Shown in pieces: positions 22,265 to 32,362 of a stretch of DNA of 64,000 bases (positions are counted from its first letter, which is position 1; each line of letters opens with the position of its first letter). The translations under genes and the position numbers were made by a program. Source of the stretch: Marinobacter sp. (lineage in GTDB: Bacteria; Pseudomonadota; Gammaproteobacteria; Pseudomonadales; Oleiphilaceae); NCBI RefSeq assembly GCF_014859525.1, contig NZ_JACUUB010000003.1:39790-103789 (forward strand), written 5' to 3'. A model generated the notes under the pieces. That model was not told where the DNA came from. It made no database searches and saw nothing but the letters and a program-made list of their open reading frames with translations.

Positions 22265-23909
22265 AAACCCGCTCCTTGAATGGCTGAAGACCGATCCGAC
22301 GATACGTGTCCAGGAACGTCTCTTCCTCAGTACGCTTATCGACATAGACATCAATGAGCTTTGCGATCACATCCGGCATCTGATCCCGGGCGAACGAAGG
22401 ACCAAGAATCTTGCCAATAGTGGCATTGTGGTGCGAATCGCCACCCAGGCTGACTTGGTAGAACTCTTCGCCCTTCTTGTCGACACCGAGCACTCCGATG
22501 GTACCAACGTGGTGATGACCACAGGCATTCATGCAACCGGAAATGTTCAGATCAATCGGGCCCAGATCATACAGGTAGTCCAGATTGTCGAACCGGCGCT
22601 GAATGGCCTCTGCGACTGGAATGGATTTGGCATTCGCCAAGGCGCAGAAATCACCACCCGGACAGCAAATGATATCGGTCAGTGTGTTCAGGTTGGCGGT
22701 ACCAAAGCCTAACGGAACAATGCGTTGCCAAAGCTCGAACAACTGATCCTGACGCACGTCCGCAAGCACAACATTTTGCTCATGAGTGGCGCGAGCTTCA
22801 CCAAAGCTGAACTGATCGGCCAGCTCGGCAATCTGTTCCAGCTGATAATCGGTGACATCGCCCGGCGGAGTGCCGGTTTTCTTGAGCGTGAGCGTGACGC
22901 AGGCATAGCCGGATTTCTTGTGTGCGCTAACGTTCTGAGACAACCATTTGTCGAACTCCCGGTTCTCAAATCGTTGCTTGCCCAGCACGTCTGTGGCGTC
23001 TGCCAGGTTGTCATAGGCTGGCTCACTGAAGTAGCCCTGGAATTTTTTGATTGATTCAGGTGTCAACCGCGTTGGAGAGTTGCGAATGTGAGCCCACTCG
23101 GCTTCGACTTTCTCGGCAAAGCCCTCCGGCGTTAGCGCCTTCACCAGAATCTTGATGCGGGCCTTGTACTTGTTGTCACGGCGACCATAACGGTTATAGA
23201 CCCGCAAGACGGCTTCAAGGTAGGTGAGAAGGTCCAGTTCTGGCAAAAACTCCCGAATGACCGGACCCACCACCGGTGTGCGGCCAAGACCGCCGCCCAC
23301 ATGAACTCGAAAGCCAAGTTCGCCTTGCTCATTGCGAACCAGCTGCAAACCAATGTCGTGCACCTGAATAGCCGCCCGGTCTGTTTGTTCCGAGGCATTA
23401 ACCGCCACTTTGAACTTGCGCGGTAAAAACGCAAATTCCGGATGGAAGGTAGACCACTGGCGTATGATTTCGCAGTAGGGGCGTGGATCGGCGATTTCGT
23501 CAGCCTGAACGCCGGAGAACTGGTCAGTGGTGGTGTTCCTGATGCAGTTGCCGCTGGTCTGGTTGGCGTGCATTTCGACTTCTGCCAGTTCTGCCAGAAT
23601 ATCTGGCACATCTTCCAGATTGGGCCAGTTCAGCTGGATGTTGGTACGGGTAGTGAAGTGAGCATAGCCCTTATCGTAATCCCGGGTAATTCGGGCCAGG
23701 CGTCTGAGCTGGTCTGAACGCAACATGCCATAGGGCACACAGATTCGCAGCATAGGTGCAAGTCGCTGAACATAGAGCCCGTTTTGCAGGCGGAGTGGAA
23801 GAAATTCTTCTTCCGAGAGCTCGCCAGAGAGTGCGCGTTCGGTTTGATCACGAAACTGGGCAACACGCTCTTCGGCAATTTGCCGGTCGTGTTCATCATA
23901 AACGTACAT
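22257..23909 (-). CDS. cysI: Sulfite/nitrite reductase hemoprotein (siroheme, 4Fe-4S)
   Basis: RLQNGLY, TTRTNIQLNW, FLPRKFK, CPGGDFCALANA, ISGCMNACGHH. Confidence 0.93.
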   Translation of the reverse strand: MYVYDEHDRQIAEERVAQFRDQTERALSGELSEEEFLPLRLQNGLYVQRLAPMLRICVPYGMLRSDQLRRLARITRDYDKGYAHFTTRTNIQLNWPNLEDVPDILAELAEVEMHANQTSGNCIRNTTTDQFSGVQADEIADPRPYCEIIRQWSTFHPEFAFLPRKFKVAVNASEQTDRAAIQVHDIGLQLVRNEQGELGFRVHVGGGLGRTPVVGPVIREFLPELDLLTYLEAVLRVYNRYGRRDNKYKARIKILVKALTPEGFAEKVEAEWAHIRNSPTRLTPESIKKFQGYFSEPAYDNLADATDVLGKQRFENREFDKWLSQNVSAHKKSGYACVTLTLKKTGTPPGDVTDYQLEQIAELADQFSFGEARATHEQNVVLADVRQDQLFELWQRIVPLGFGTANLNTLTDIICCPGGDFCALANAKSIPVAEAIQRRFDNLDYLYDLGPIDLNISGCMNACGHHHVGTIGVLGVDKKGEEFYQVSLGGDSHHNATIGKILGPSFARDQMPDVIAKLIDVYVDKRTEEETFLDTYRRIGLQPFKERVYA

Positions 23910-24164
23910 AGGATAACGTCCTGCCTGCTGACTTCAGAAGTGCCTGTTGATTGGTGGCCTCAGATACCATGGGCCTTATTCCTGTTATGAAGGATAACAC
24001 CGGCTTTTTATTCGTAAAATGATTATTTCAAAATATCATTATCGATTCAGGTGATAAGTACAGACGGTGGGCGGATCGAGCGTGGACTGGACGAAAATCA
24101 ATTTCCTGCTTTAATTAAGACGGAGTATTCAACAATAAAAACCAGCCATAAACGAGGGTAAGCT

Positions 24165-24269
24165 ATGAAGAAGACAGCCAAATCAGACAGCCAGGCCGAT
24201 GCCGTTGCTGCCGTACTGCTTGTAGTGCTGGCGGTTGCCTTTGCCGTGGTATGGGTTGCTGGCCAGTAG
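24165..24269 (+). CDS. 34-aa single-TM small protein (not in the ORF track)
   Basis: MKKTAKSDSQADAVAAVLLVVLAVAFAVVWVAGQ; GAGGG ribosome-binding site 6 nt before ATG; hydrophobic stretch of about 20 aa; fills the intergenic gap. Confidence 0.7.
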   Translation: MKKTAKSDSQADAVAAVLLVVLAVAFAVVWVAGQ

Positions 24270-24270
24270 G

Positions 24271-24510
24271 CTAGTGACCAGAAAGCACAATCTGCACAAC
24301 CAGGATGAGCCCTCCAACAAAGACGGCACCGAACAGTAGTCCGGCGACAATGTAGGGTAGGGGGCTGTGGTTTGAAAAGTCTTCCTGACGGCGCTTCTCG
24401 GACTGCACGCCGAGAGCGCCGGCAAGAATACTTTGCATGATCTTCAATACGCCCGGGGAGCCGGGCTTGTTACGCTTTTCGTTATTCTTGTTCTCTGAAA
24501 GACCATTCAT
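24271..24510 (-). CDS. DUF2970 family small membrane protein
   Basis: SILAGALGVQSEKRRQEDF...PLPYIVAGLLF. Confidence 0.85.
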   Translation of the reverse strand: MNGLSENKNNEKRNKPGSPGVLKIMQSILAGALGVQSEKRRQEDFSNHSPLPYIVAGLLFGAVFVGGLILVVQIVLSGH

Positions 24511-24525
24511 GCGCTACGCCTTTAT

Positions 24526-27500
24526 CTATTCTGCTGGATCGTAAGCCAAACTTGGCATCAGCCACCGCTCTGCTTCGGCTTTGGAAATACCCTTTCGCTC
24601 AGCATAGTCCTCAACCTGATCAACGCCAATCATTCCAACCGCAAAATACTTGGATTCCGGGTGGGCGAAATACCAGCCTGAAACCGCCGCCGTCGGATAC
24701 ATGGCGAAGCTTTCAGTAAGCTCCAGGCCGATGTTACCGGTGGCTTCAAGCAGCTTGAACAGTGTTGCCTTTTCAGTGTGATCGGGGCAGGCGGGGTAGC
24801 CAGGTGCCGGACGGATACCCTGATAGCGTTCTTTAATCAGATCTTCATTGGCCATTTGCTCTTCCGTGGCATAACCCCAGAATTCCTTCCGGACCCGCTC
24901 GTGCATGCGCTCCGCAAACGCTTCTGCCAGACGATCCGCGAGGGCTTTGACCATGATGGCATTATAGTCGTCGTGCTTGTCTTTGAACTCCAGTGAAAAT
25001 TCCTCGGCGCCAATACCAGCGGTGACCGCAAAGCCGCCAACGTAATCGATTTTGTCTGAATTCTCGGGCGCGACAAAATCCGACAGTGCCATCATCCGTT
25101 TGCCAGGGGCTTTTTCATCCTGCTGGCGCAGGCTATGCAGGGTGGTTAGCTCTGATGTACGGGTATCGTCGGTGTAAACCACAATGTCATCGCCCCGGCG
25201 GTTGGCAGGCCAGAACCCGATGACACCACGCGCGGTGATGCGTTTTTCTTCGATCATTTGTTTGAGCAGTTTCTGGCCATCCTCAAACAGAGTGCGGGCG
25301 GCGTCTCCACGTTTCGGATCGTCGAAAATGCCCGGATACTTGCCGGAAATATCCCAGGAAATGAAGAACGGCGTCCAGTCAATGTAATCGACCAGTTCGT
25401 TCAGGTCATACTCTTCAAACACCCGAACACCGGTAAATTGCGGCCGGGGTGGGTTGTAGCCTTCAAAATTGATCTCCGGTGCGCGTTCTCGGGCTTCTTT
25501 CAGCGACACCAGCTTGGTTCGCACACCACGGTTTTTGCGGCGCTCGCGAATTTCTTCGTATTCCGTGCGAGCCGCCTCGACGAGGGCCGGTTTGGCGGTT
25601 TTACTGAGCAACTGAGAAGCGACGTTGACGCACCGGGACGCATCCGATACGTACAGCGCCATGTCGTTCTTGTAGTGGGGCTCAATCTTCACCGCCGTGT
25701 GAGCTTTAGAGGTGGTGGCACCGCCAATCATCAACGGAATATTGAAGTCCAGTCGCTGCATTTCCCGGGCGACGTGGACCATCTCGTCAAGGGAGGGAGT
25801 AATCAGCCCGCTTAAACCGATAATATCGACGTTTTCTTTCCTGGCGGTTTCCAGGATTTTGTCGCAGGGCACCATAACGCCCAGGTCGATCACTTCGTAG
25901 TTGTTGCACTGCAACACCACGCCCACGATGTTTTTACCAATGTCGTGGACATCGCCTTTTACCGTGGCCATCAGGATCTTGCCCTTGGCTTGTTGCTCGC
26001 CGGTCTTTTCGGCCTCGATGTAGGGGATCAGGTAAGCGACAGCCTGTTTCATGACCCGGGCACTTTTGACCACCTGGGGAAGGAACATTTTGCCATCGCC
26101 GAACAGGTCTCCGACCACGTTCATACCGTCCATCAATGGCCCTTCGATAACCTCGATCGGCCGGCTGGCGTTTTGACGGCAGGCTTCGGTGTCCTCAATG
26201 ATGTAGTTGGTGATGCCCTTTACCAAAGCGTGTTGCAGGCGCTTTTCAACAGGCCACTCGCGCCAGGCCAGGTCTTCTTCCTGAGTCTTGCCACCTTTAC
26301 CTTTGAACTTCTCAGCGGCTTCGAGCAGGCGGTCAGTGCCATCGTCGCGACGATTCAGAACAACATCTTCGACCAACTCTTTGAGGTCTGGCTCGATTTC
26401 ATCGTAAATCACCAGCTGACCGGGATTCACGATACCCATGTTCATGCCCGCTTTGATGGCGTGGTACAGGAACACCGAGTGAATGGCTTCGCGCACGGCG
26501 TCGTTACCCCGGAAGGAGAACGAAACGTTGCTGACGCCGCCGGAAATAGACGCGTGAGGGAGGTTTTCCTTGATCCAGCGAGTAGCGTTGATGAAATCCA
26601 CGGCGTAGTTGTTGTGTTCTTCAATACCCGTTGCGATCGCAAATATGTTGGGATCGAAAATGATGTCGCCCGGATTGAAACCGATGCTGATGAGCACATC
26701 ATAAGAGCGTTTGCAGATCTCGGTTTTGCGCGCGTAGGTGTCGGCCTGACCGTCTTCATCGAAAGCCATAACCACCACGGCGGCGCCGTAGCGCATGCAG
26801 GATTTCGCCCGCTTGATGAACTCTTCCTCGCCTTCTTTCAGGCTGATGGAATTCACCACGGCCTTGCCCTGAATGCAGCGCAAGCCGGCTTCGATGACCT
26901 CCCACTTGGAGGAATCGATCATGATCGGAACCCGGGAGATATCCGGCTCTGAGCCGACCAGATTGAGGAACGTCACCATAACGTCCTTCGAATCCAGCAT
27001 GCCCTCATCCATGTTGATGTCGATAATCTGCGCGCCATTCTCTACCTGGTCCCGAGCCACGCTCAGGGCTTCTTCATACTGTTCTTCTTTAATCAGACGC
27101 AGGAACCGTTTTGATCCAGTAACGTTGGTGCGTTCACCCACGTTGATGAACAGCATGTTTTCATCACCGGTAAAGGGTTCCAGACCCGACAATCGCAATG
27201 CTTCAGGGCGTTCAGGAATCTGCCGTGGCGGGTATTTGGCGACAGCGTTGGCAATGGCTTCAATATGATCGGGGCGAGAGCCACAGCAACCGCCGATGAT
27301 GTTGAGAAAGCCGTCTTTGGCGAAGCCCTCGATGATGTCGGCCATTTCTTCCGGGGTTTGATCGTATTCCCCGAATTCATTCGGCAGGCCCGCGTTGGGA
27401 TGCGCAGAAACGTAGGTTTCAGCTTTGTTTGACAGCTCCTCAACATACGGGCGCAGCGCGTCGGCACCCAGTGCGCAGTTCAGGCCTACGGATATAGGTT

Positions 27501-28224
27501 TGGCGTGGGCGATGGAATTGTAGAATGCCTCGGTGGTCTGGCCAGACAGGGTTCGCCCGGAGGCGTCGGTAATGGTGCCGGAAATCATGATCGGCAATTC
27601 GATTCCGCTGTCCTCAAAATACTGCTGGGTGGCGTAGATGGCCGCTTTGGCGTTCAGGGTATCGAAAATGGTTTCGATCAAGATGAGGTCAGAGCCACCC
27701 TCTACCAGGCCAGACACGGCCTCGTAGTAGTTATCCACCAGAGTCTGAAAGTCGACGTTACGATAACCGGGGTTGTTGACATCCGGTGAGATGGACGCCG
27801 TTCTTGAGGTGGGCCCGACTGCGCCCGCAACAAACCTGGGCTTGTCCGGATTCTTGGCCGTGAATTCGTCGGCAATTTCCCTTGCCAGGCGGGCGGCGGC
27901 AACGTTCAACTCCCGGGCAAGTTCCTCCAGACCGTAATCCGCTTGCGAAACACGTGTCGAGTTGAAGGTGTTGGTTTCAATGATGTCGGCGCCGGCATCC
28001 AGGTAGTCTGCATGGATGTTGCGAAGCAAGGCTGGCTGGGTAAGGTTGAGCAGGTCGTTGTTACCTTGCACCTCCCGTTCAAAGTCTTTGAAGCGATCGC
28101 CCCGGAAAGCGGTTTCGTCCAGTTGCAGGTTCTGGATCATGGTACCCATACCGCCATCAAGAATAATGATGCGCTCTTTCAGGGCTTTATTCAGCTGTTC
28201 CAGGCGGGTAGTGCGATCGATCAT
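24526..28224 (-). CDS. metH: Cobalamin-dependent methionine synthase
   Basis: [33 protein letters not shown]12 motif, [14 protein letters not shown]. Confidence 0.99.
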   Translation of the reverse strand: MIDRTTRLEQLNKALKERIIILDGGMGTMIQNLQLDETAFRGDRFKDFEREVQGNNDLLNLTQPALLRNIHADYLDAGADIIETNTFNSTRVSQADYGLEELARELNVAAARLAREIADEFTAKNPDKPRFVAGAVGPTSRTASISPDVNNPGYRNVDFQTLVDNYYEAVSGLVEGGSDLILIETIFDTLNAKAAIYATQQYFEDSGIELPIMISGTITDASGRTLSGQTTEAFYNSIAHAKPISVGLNCALGADALRPYVEELSNKAETYVSAHPNAGLPNEFGEYDQTPEEMADIIEGFAKDGFLNIIGGCCGSRPDHIEAIANAVAKYPPRQIPERPEALRLSGLEPFTGDENMLFINVGERTNVTGSKRFLRLIKEEQYEEALSVARDQVENGAQIIDINMDEGMLDSKDVMVTFLNLVGSEPDISRVPIMIDSSKWEVIEAGLRCIQGKAVVNSISLKEGEEEFIKRAKSCMRYGAAVVVMAFDEDGQADTYARKTEICKRSYDVLISIGFNPGDIIFDPNIFAIATGIEEHNNYAVDFINATRWIKENLPHASISGGVSNVSFSFRGNDAVREAIHSVFLYHAIKAGMNMGIVNPGQLVIYDEIEPDLKELVEDVVLNRRDDGTDRLLEAAEKFKGKGGKTQEEDLAWREWPVEKRLQHALVKGITNYIIEDTEACRQNASRPIEVIEGPLMDGMNVVGDLFGDGKMFLPQVVKSARVMKQAVAYLIPYIEAEKTGEQQAKGKILMATVKGDVHDIGKNIVGVVLQCNNYEVIDLGVMVPCDKILETARKENVDIIGLSGLITPSLDEMVHVAREMQRLDFNIPLMIGGATTSKAHTAVKIEPHYKNDMALYVSDASRCVNVASQLLSKTAKPALVEAARTEYEEIRERRKNRGVRTKLVSLKEARERAPEINFEGYNPPRPQFTGVRVFEEYDLNELVDYIDWTPFFISWDISGKYPGIFDDPKRGDAARTLFEDGQKLLKQMIEEKRITARGVIGFWPANRRGDDIVVYTDDTRTSELTTLHSLRQQDEKAPGKRMMALSDFVAPENSDKIDYVGGFAVTAGIGAEEFSLEFKDKHDDYNAIMVKALADRLAEAFAERMHERVRKEFWGYATEEQMANEDLIKERYQGIRPAPGYPACPDHTEKATLFKLLEATGNIGLELTESFAMYPTAAVSGWYFAHPESKYFAVGMIGVDQVEDYAERKGISKAEAERWLMPSLAYDPAE

Positions 28225-28383
28225 AGGGGTTTCTTCCGGATGTCATTAAAAACGTCGTGTTTACTGTGGCGGCGCAGGATCATAGCAAAATTGTACGAGC
28301 ACGTCTTAATACGGATGATCGATATCAATCGATGATCGCTGCGCCGGTGCAGCCGACCATACGTGCAAATCATTATCCGATTA

Positions 28384-28408
28384 ATGCCCGACTATTTTAC
28401 TTGGTCTT
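28384..28408 (+). promoter_or_regulatory. IscR type-1 operator upstream of nfuA
   Basis: ATGCCCGACTATTTTACTTGGTCTT matches 19/25 of ATASYYGACTRWWWYAGTCRRSTAT; -10 TAAAAT at 28430-28435. Confidence 0.65.
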
Positions 28409-28465
28409 TCAAGTTCACGCGAACTCTCCTAAAATAGAGATCACATTCGATAACAGGTGGGAAGC

Positions 28466-29053
28466 ATGGCTTTGGTAACTGTCACTGATTCCGCAAGGGA
28501 TTATCTTGCGCAACTGATTGAAAAGCAGGATGTCGAAGGTATGGGCGTACGGATTTTTGTAACCCAGCCCGGCACGCGTAATGCGGAAACGTGCCTGGCA
28601 TACTGCCCTCCCAATGAAGTGGTTCCGACGGATGAGCAAGTGAATCTTGAAAAGTTCACCCTGTTTCTGGACCACAGTTCGGTACCGTTTCTGGAAGATG
28701 CCTATGTCGACTACTCGAAGGATCAGATGGGCGGCCAGCTTACGATCAAAGCACCGAACGCCAAGGTTCCTCAGGTTGCCGATGACGCGCCCCTGCCGGA
28801 ACGCGTCAAGTACGTTCTGGCTTCTGAGATCAACCCAAATCTGGCTTCACACGGTGGTGATGTGTCGCTGGTTGAGATAATTGAAGAGTCGGTCGCCGTG
28901 CTGAGGTTTGGCGGTGGCTGTCAGGGTTGTTCGGCGGTGAGTCTAACCTTGAAGCAGGGCGTTGAGAAAACATTGATGGAACGCGTACCAGAAATTACAG
29001 CGGTGCGGGACGTGACCGATCACTCCAACACAGAGAACGCTTATTACCAATAA
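28466..29053 (+). CDS. nfuA: Fe-S biogenesis protein NfuA
   Basis: [37 protein letters not shown]; start ATG 28466. Confidence 0.96.
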   Translation: MALVTVTDSARDYLAQLIEKQDVEGMGVRIFVTQPGTRNAETCLAYCPPNEVVPTDEQVNLEKFTLFLDHSSVPFLEDAYVDYSKDQMGGQLTIKAPNAKVPQVADDAPLPERVKYVLASEINPNLASHGGDVSLVEIIEESVAVLRFGGGCQGCSAVSLTLKQGVEKTLMERVPEITAVRDVTDHSNTENAYYQ

Positions 29054-29268
29054 TTGCCTGACGTTCTGTTAAGCCGTTGCCGCCGTTACAGGCTGGCAGC
29101 GGCTGCCGCAGATGCCTTTCGGCCGTGGCTGCGCGGCCAATGTCCCGTTTCTCGGAATCCCCCATTATTCATGGCATTAACCTTGCCGATGCGCGACCTG
29201 TTCGTCGCGTCATAAACACAGTGACTTCAGCGGCACTGACGTCACCTGGACTGAATTCGGGGTAACAC

Positions 29269-30483
29269 TTGCTGGACTTTACTCTCTTGTCTGTACCGGT
29301 TATGGCAGCCGTTGTCGGTTGGTTTACCAACTGGCTGGCGATACAGATGTCGTTTCACCCGGTGCGATTCGTCGGTATTGGTGTGATCGGCTGGCAGGGT
29401 GTGATTCCGCGAAAAGCGGAGAAGATGGCCCATATCTGTATTGACCGGACCCTGCAGCAGTTCGGTGATCTTAATTCGGTTTACCAGAGGCTCGAGCCGC
29501 AGCGCATTGTGGAGCAAGTGCTGGCTCAGGTTTCGCCTCGCATGGACGAGTACATCGATGAGGTAATGTACGAAGTCCAGCCGGTGCTTTGGGATAATCT
29601 GCCGTTGTTTGTCCGGGCGCGCATATACCAGTGGGCACGTCAGCAGCTGCCGTCTCGAATTGAAGAGCTGGTAGAAGACTTCGGTGACGATCTTGACGAG
29701 CTGGTGGACCTAAAGGCGCTATTGAGCCGAGAGCTCCAGAACCACCCGGATTTAATGAACCGGATATTCCGTGAGGCGGGCTCTGTTGAACTGCAGTCGG
29801 TTATTAATCGTGGTGCCATTATCGGTGGTGTGCTGGGCGCGATCCTGGCGCCGCTTTGGCTGATCTATCCGCAGCCCTGGGTGTTACCGGTTGGCGGCTT
29901 TGCGATCGGTTTTATTACCAACTGGGTTGCCATTAACCTTATTTTTGCGCCCTTGCGGCCCAGAAGAATTCTGTTCTGGCGGGTTCAGGGCTTGTTTCTG
30001 CGCCGCCAGGAACAGATCAGCGACACCTGGGCCCGACTGGTCGCAGGCGAGCTGATCACCGTTGAAAAGGTTGCGGACGCCATGATCAACGGGCAGCAGG
30101 GCTCAAGAACACGGGCGATTATTCAAAAGCATCTGCGCCCGATGCTGGATAACTCAATTGTTATGAAGCTGGCAGCTCAGGTTTCCGTCGGCATGACCGG
30201 CTATACCGATCTAAAGCGAGTGATGAACCAGAAAGCCGTGCTTGCAACTCGGGATGTCTTTAGTGACCCCGAGTTTAATCGGGAGCGTGCGCCGGTGGTG
30301 GCCAGCGTGCTGGCGGGGCAAATGAAATCGCTCCGACCGGAGGAGTTTCAGGACATTCTAAGGCCGGCGTTTCGTGAAGAAGAACTGCAGCTTATGTTTG
30401 TGGGCGGGCTGTTTGGTGCTGTTGCAGGTTTGATCCAGTTTGTCGCCGTGAACCAACTGGCGTTGCCGCTGGTGGGTGGTTAA
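29269..30483 (+). CDS. DUF445 family membrane protein
   Basis: AAVVGWFTNWLAI.M.F.P, repeated as IGFITNW.AI.LIF.P; C-terminal LM.VGGLFG; TTG start. Confidence 0.8.
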   Translation: MLDFTLLSVPVMAAVVGWFTNWLAIQMSFHPVRFVGIGVIGWQGVIPRKAEKMAHICIDRTLQQFGDLNSVYQRLEPQRIVEQVLAQVSPRMDEYIDEVMYEVQPVLWDNLPLFVRARIYQWARQQLPSRIEELVEDFGDDLDELVDLKALLSRELQNHPDLMNRIFREAGSVELQSVINRGAIIGGVLGAILAPLWLIYPQPWVLPVGGFAIGFITNWVAINLIFAPLRPRRILFWRVQGLFLRRQEQISDTWARLVAGELITVEKVADAMINGQQGSRTRAIIQKHLRPMLDNSIVMKLAAQVSVGMTGYTDLKRVMNQKAVLATRDVFSDPEFNRERAPVVASVLAGQMKSLRPEEFQDILRPAFREEELQLMFVGGLFGAVAGLIQFVAVNQLALPLVGG

Positions 30484-30496
30484 CGAGAGAGGTTAA

Positions 30497-30868
30497 GTGA
30501 TGCCGGTATGGGCTTTGATGATCATTCAGGTTGTGTTGACGGTTGTCTCTGTGGCGGCCGTTTTGTTTGCGTTCTGGTATCTGGTGGTTCGGCCGTGGCT
30601 AGCGGCCAAAGTCCAGGAGTTGATTGAGGCGGCCGGCGAAGTTGAGCCGAAAATTGCCCAGGGTGTTCAGAAAGGGGTGGCCGATGCGGTGCGGCAACTG
30701 CCTCAAAACGCCTGGGATGGTGCCACCAAAGAGTCTACCAAGCAGTTTATAAAGTTTGGCTCCAACTTGTTTGAAAATGGCCTCAGCAGCTTTCTGGGCG
30801 CCGCTGCTGAGCCTCACAAATCCAAACCCGAAACCCGCGATAAACCGCGCAATCGCGAAAATACCTGA
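30497..30868 (+). CDS. Hypothetical protein, N-terminal TM anchor plus amphipathic helices
   Basis: GAGAGG ribosome-binding site; hydrophobic aa 5-31; 13 nt after DUF445. Confidence 0.7.
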   Translation: MMPVWALMIIQVVLTVVSVAAVLFAFWYLVVRPWLAAKVQELIEAAGEVEPKIAQGVQKGVADAVRQLPQNAWDGATKESTKQFIKFGSNLFENGLSSFLGAAAEPHKSKPETRDKPRNRENT

Positions 30869-31189
30869 TCAGAGGCAGTTGGTCGGTCGGGGCAACCCTG
30901 CAATCCGGCAGGCGGTCTTGGCCGGCGTGCCCGGGAATAATTGCATCAGGTAGATGCTGTTACCTTTCTCTTCGCCCATGGCTTCTCTGATGGCTTTTAC
31001 AAACAGCCGGTTAGAGGGTGGCGACATCTCATGCTCTGCATAAAAATCCCTCAGGAACCATAGGATTTCCCAGTGTTTTTCAGATAGAGATATCTCATCG
31101 TCCTGGGCGATGAGGTTGGCAATCTCTGGGGTCCAGCGGCCAGCATCCTCCAGAAAGCCTTCATTGTTGCGGGCAGGGGTGTTTGTCAT
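30869..31189 (-). CDS. tusE: TusE/DsrC sulfur relay protein
   Basis: EGFL....W, HWEIL.FLRDFY, LFPG.PAK.ACRIAGLPRPTNCL C-terminus. Confidence 0.93.
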   Translation of the reverse strand: MTNTPARNNEGFLEDAGRWTPEIANLIAQDDEISLSEKHWEILWFLRDFYAEHEMSPPSNRLFVKAIREAMGEEKGNSIYLMQLFPGTPAKTACRIAGLPRPTNCL

Positions 31190-31193
31190 GGCG

Positions 31194-31484
31194 TTACCAA
31201 CTGATGATCCGTGCGTATTGCTCAGTGAGTCTTACCAACTGCTGATGATCAATCTGTTTTTCAACGGGCATGGCATCTGAGAGCCCTCTGGCTTCAATGT
31301 CTGCACCAAGGGCGACGGTGCCTTCGGGAAGCTTTGTATCGGCGTCAGATGCGGCCAGAACGGCGTTCTCGGTTAGCACAAGAGTATCTTGGTTGGTCAA
31401 GTTGGCCAGGCAGGTGATAAATCGGGAGTGCCCGGGTGCTTTGTTGAGGATGTGAAGAGTGCCAGGGTGCAGTGCAGGGCTCAT
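31194..31484 (-). CDS. tusB: TusB/DsrH sulfurtransferase complex subunit
   Basis: LHILNK, D.LVLTENAV, DIEARGL, LTEQY..IISW; operon position. Confidence 0.85.
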   Translation of the reverse strand: MSPALHPGTLHILNKAPGHSRFITCLANLTNQDTLVLTENAVLAASDADTKLPEGTVALGADIEARGLSDAMPVEKQIDHQQLVRLTEQYARIISW

Positions 31485-31496
31485 AATCTCGATATC

Positions 31497-31847
31497 CTAT
31501 CCGGCAAAAACAACATGGTCGTATTGTTCAAGAAGGTGATTGACGGACCCGGCCATTGTTATCCCCTTAACTCGGCTGTCGGGGTCTGGTAAAAACCGCT
31601 CGCAAGCCGTTTGTTCCGCAAAGAGTTGCTCTATGCCAAACAGCGGTGCGGCGGAAAGGTTTTTTTCCAGGGTCTTTTGGCCTATACCTGCCGCATTCTG
31701 CGCTCTGCGTAGCCAGGCCACTCCCGCCCCGATAAACAACAACGCGGCGGGTTGATCGAACGCCGCCAGAGAAAACGCCATGTCGAGGGCCTCGCGGCCT
31801 ACCCAGGTGCCATAGGGTGCCTGGTCGATCACGATCAGTGTGGTCAT
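31497..31847 (-). CDS. tusC: TusC/DsrF sulfurtransferase complex subunit
   Basis: QAPYGT...REALD.A...AAFD, LFIG.GV; start ATG 31847. Confidence 0.87.
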   Translation of the reverse strand: MTTLIVIDQAPYGTWVGREALDMAFSLAAFDQPAALLFIGAGVAWLRRAQNAAGIGQKTLEKNLSAAPLFGIEQLFAEQTACERFLPDPDSRVKGITMAGSVNHLLEQYDHVVFAG

Positions 31848-31848
31848 T

Positions 31849-32259
31849 TCAGGCGCTCCCATGAAAGTACAGTACCCGGTCGGACGTCAGGGTGCTGTCT
31901 ACCCATTCACCAAGACCCGCAATCTGAAACGGTGCTCGCAAATTGTGGGCAGACAACTCGTAGCGCGCCTGCTCGCGCTCATCAACCAGGCCGCGCCGCA
32001 GGGCGGAAGCAATGCAGGCTATGCCAGGAATCTGGTGTTCGGACAGAAATTCGGACCACTGCTGTGGCCAGTGTGGTTCGTCTGAAGGCGGTGCGCTCAG
32101 GGCAGAGGCGAGATGAACGCCGTCACCGTAAAGAAATACCCGATCCAGCCGGTGGCCGGCGGTAATGACGGCGCGGGCAAAAGCCAGACTGGTCTGGGCA
32201 GCCTGGGATGACCAGGGTGCTCCGGTGATCACCAGAGTGTAGGAAAGCGATGTTGACAT
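31849..32259 (-). CDS. tusD: TusD/DsrE sulfurtransferase complex subunit
   Basis: VFLYGDGV, CIASALRRG (catalytic Cys), IAGLGE. Confidence 0.92.
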   Translation of the reverse strand: MSTSLSYTLVITGAPWSSQAAQTSLAFARAVITAGHRLDRVFLYGDGVHLASALSAPPSDEPHWPQQWSEFLSEHQIPGIACIASALRRGLVDEREQARYELSAHNLRAPFQIAGLGEWVDSTLTSDRVLYFHGSA

Positions 32260-32310
32260 AATTCCAGAGCCGGATACGCAAGTGGAGTAAGAACCAGAGT
32301 GTACCTAAAG

Positions 32311-32340
32311 CAGAAACCCCGACCAAGGCCGGGGTTTCTG
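32311..32340. terminator. Intrinsic terminator after yccA
   Basis: CAGAAACCCCG-loop-CGGGGTTTCTG 11-bp stem. Confidence 0.7.
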
Positions 32341-32362
32341 AAGGCGTGAAAACCTGTGTTGA

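Noticed and set aside
28308-28335. TCATCG-N16-CGTATT on the minus strand as a third ECF11 promoter (for metH)
   Set aside because: The -35 has two mismatches and overlaps another palindrome; metH is not an expected target
28359-28377. Fur-box-like half sites (here 12/19; also near 24013-24043)
   Set aside because: Only one half matches; IscR and a LysR site explain these regions better
28225-28465. Cobalamin or SAM riboswitch upstream of metH
   Set aside because: The 240-nt gap lacks the conserved cores and is shared with the nfuA promoter
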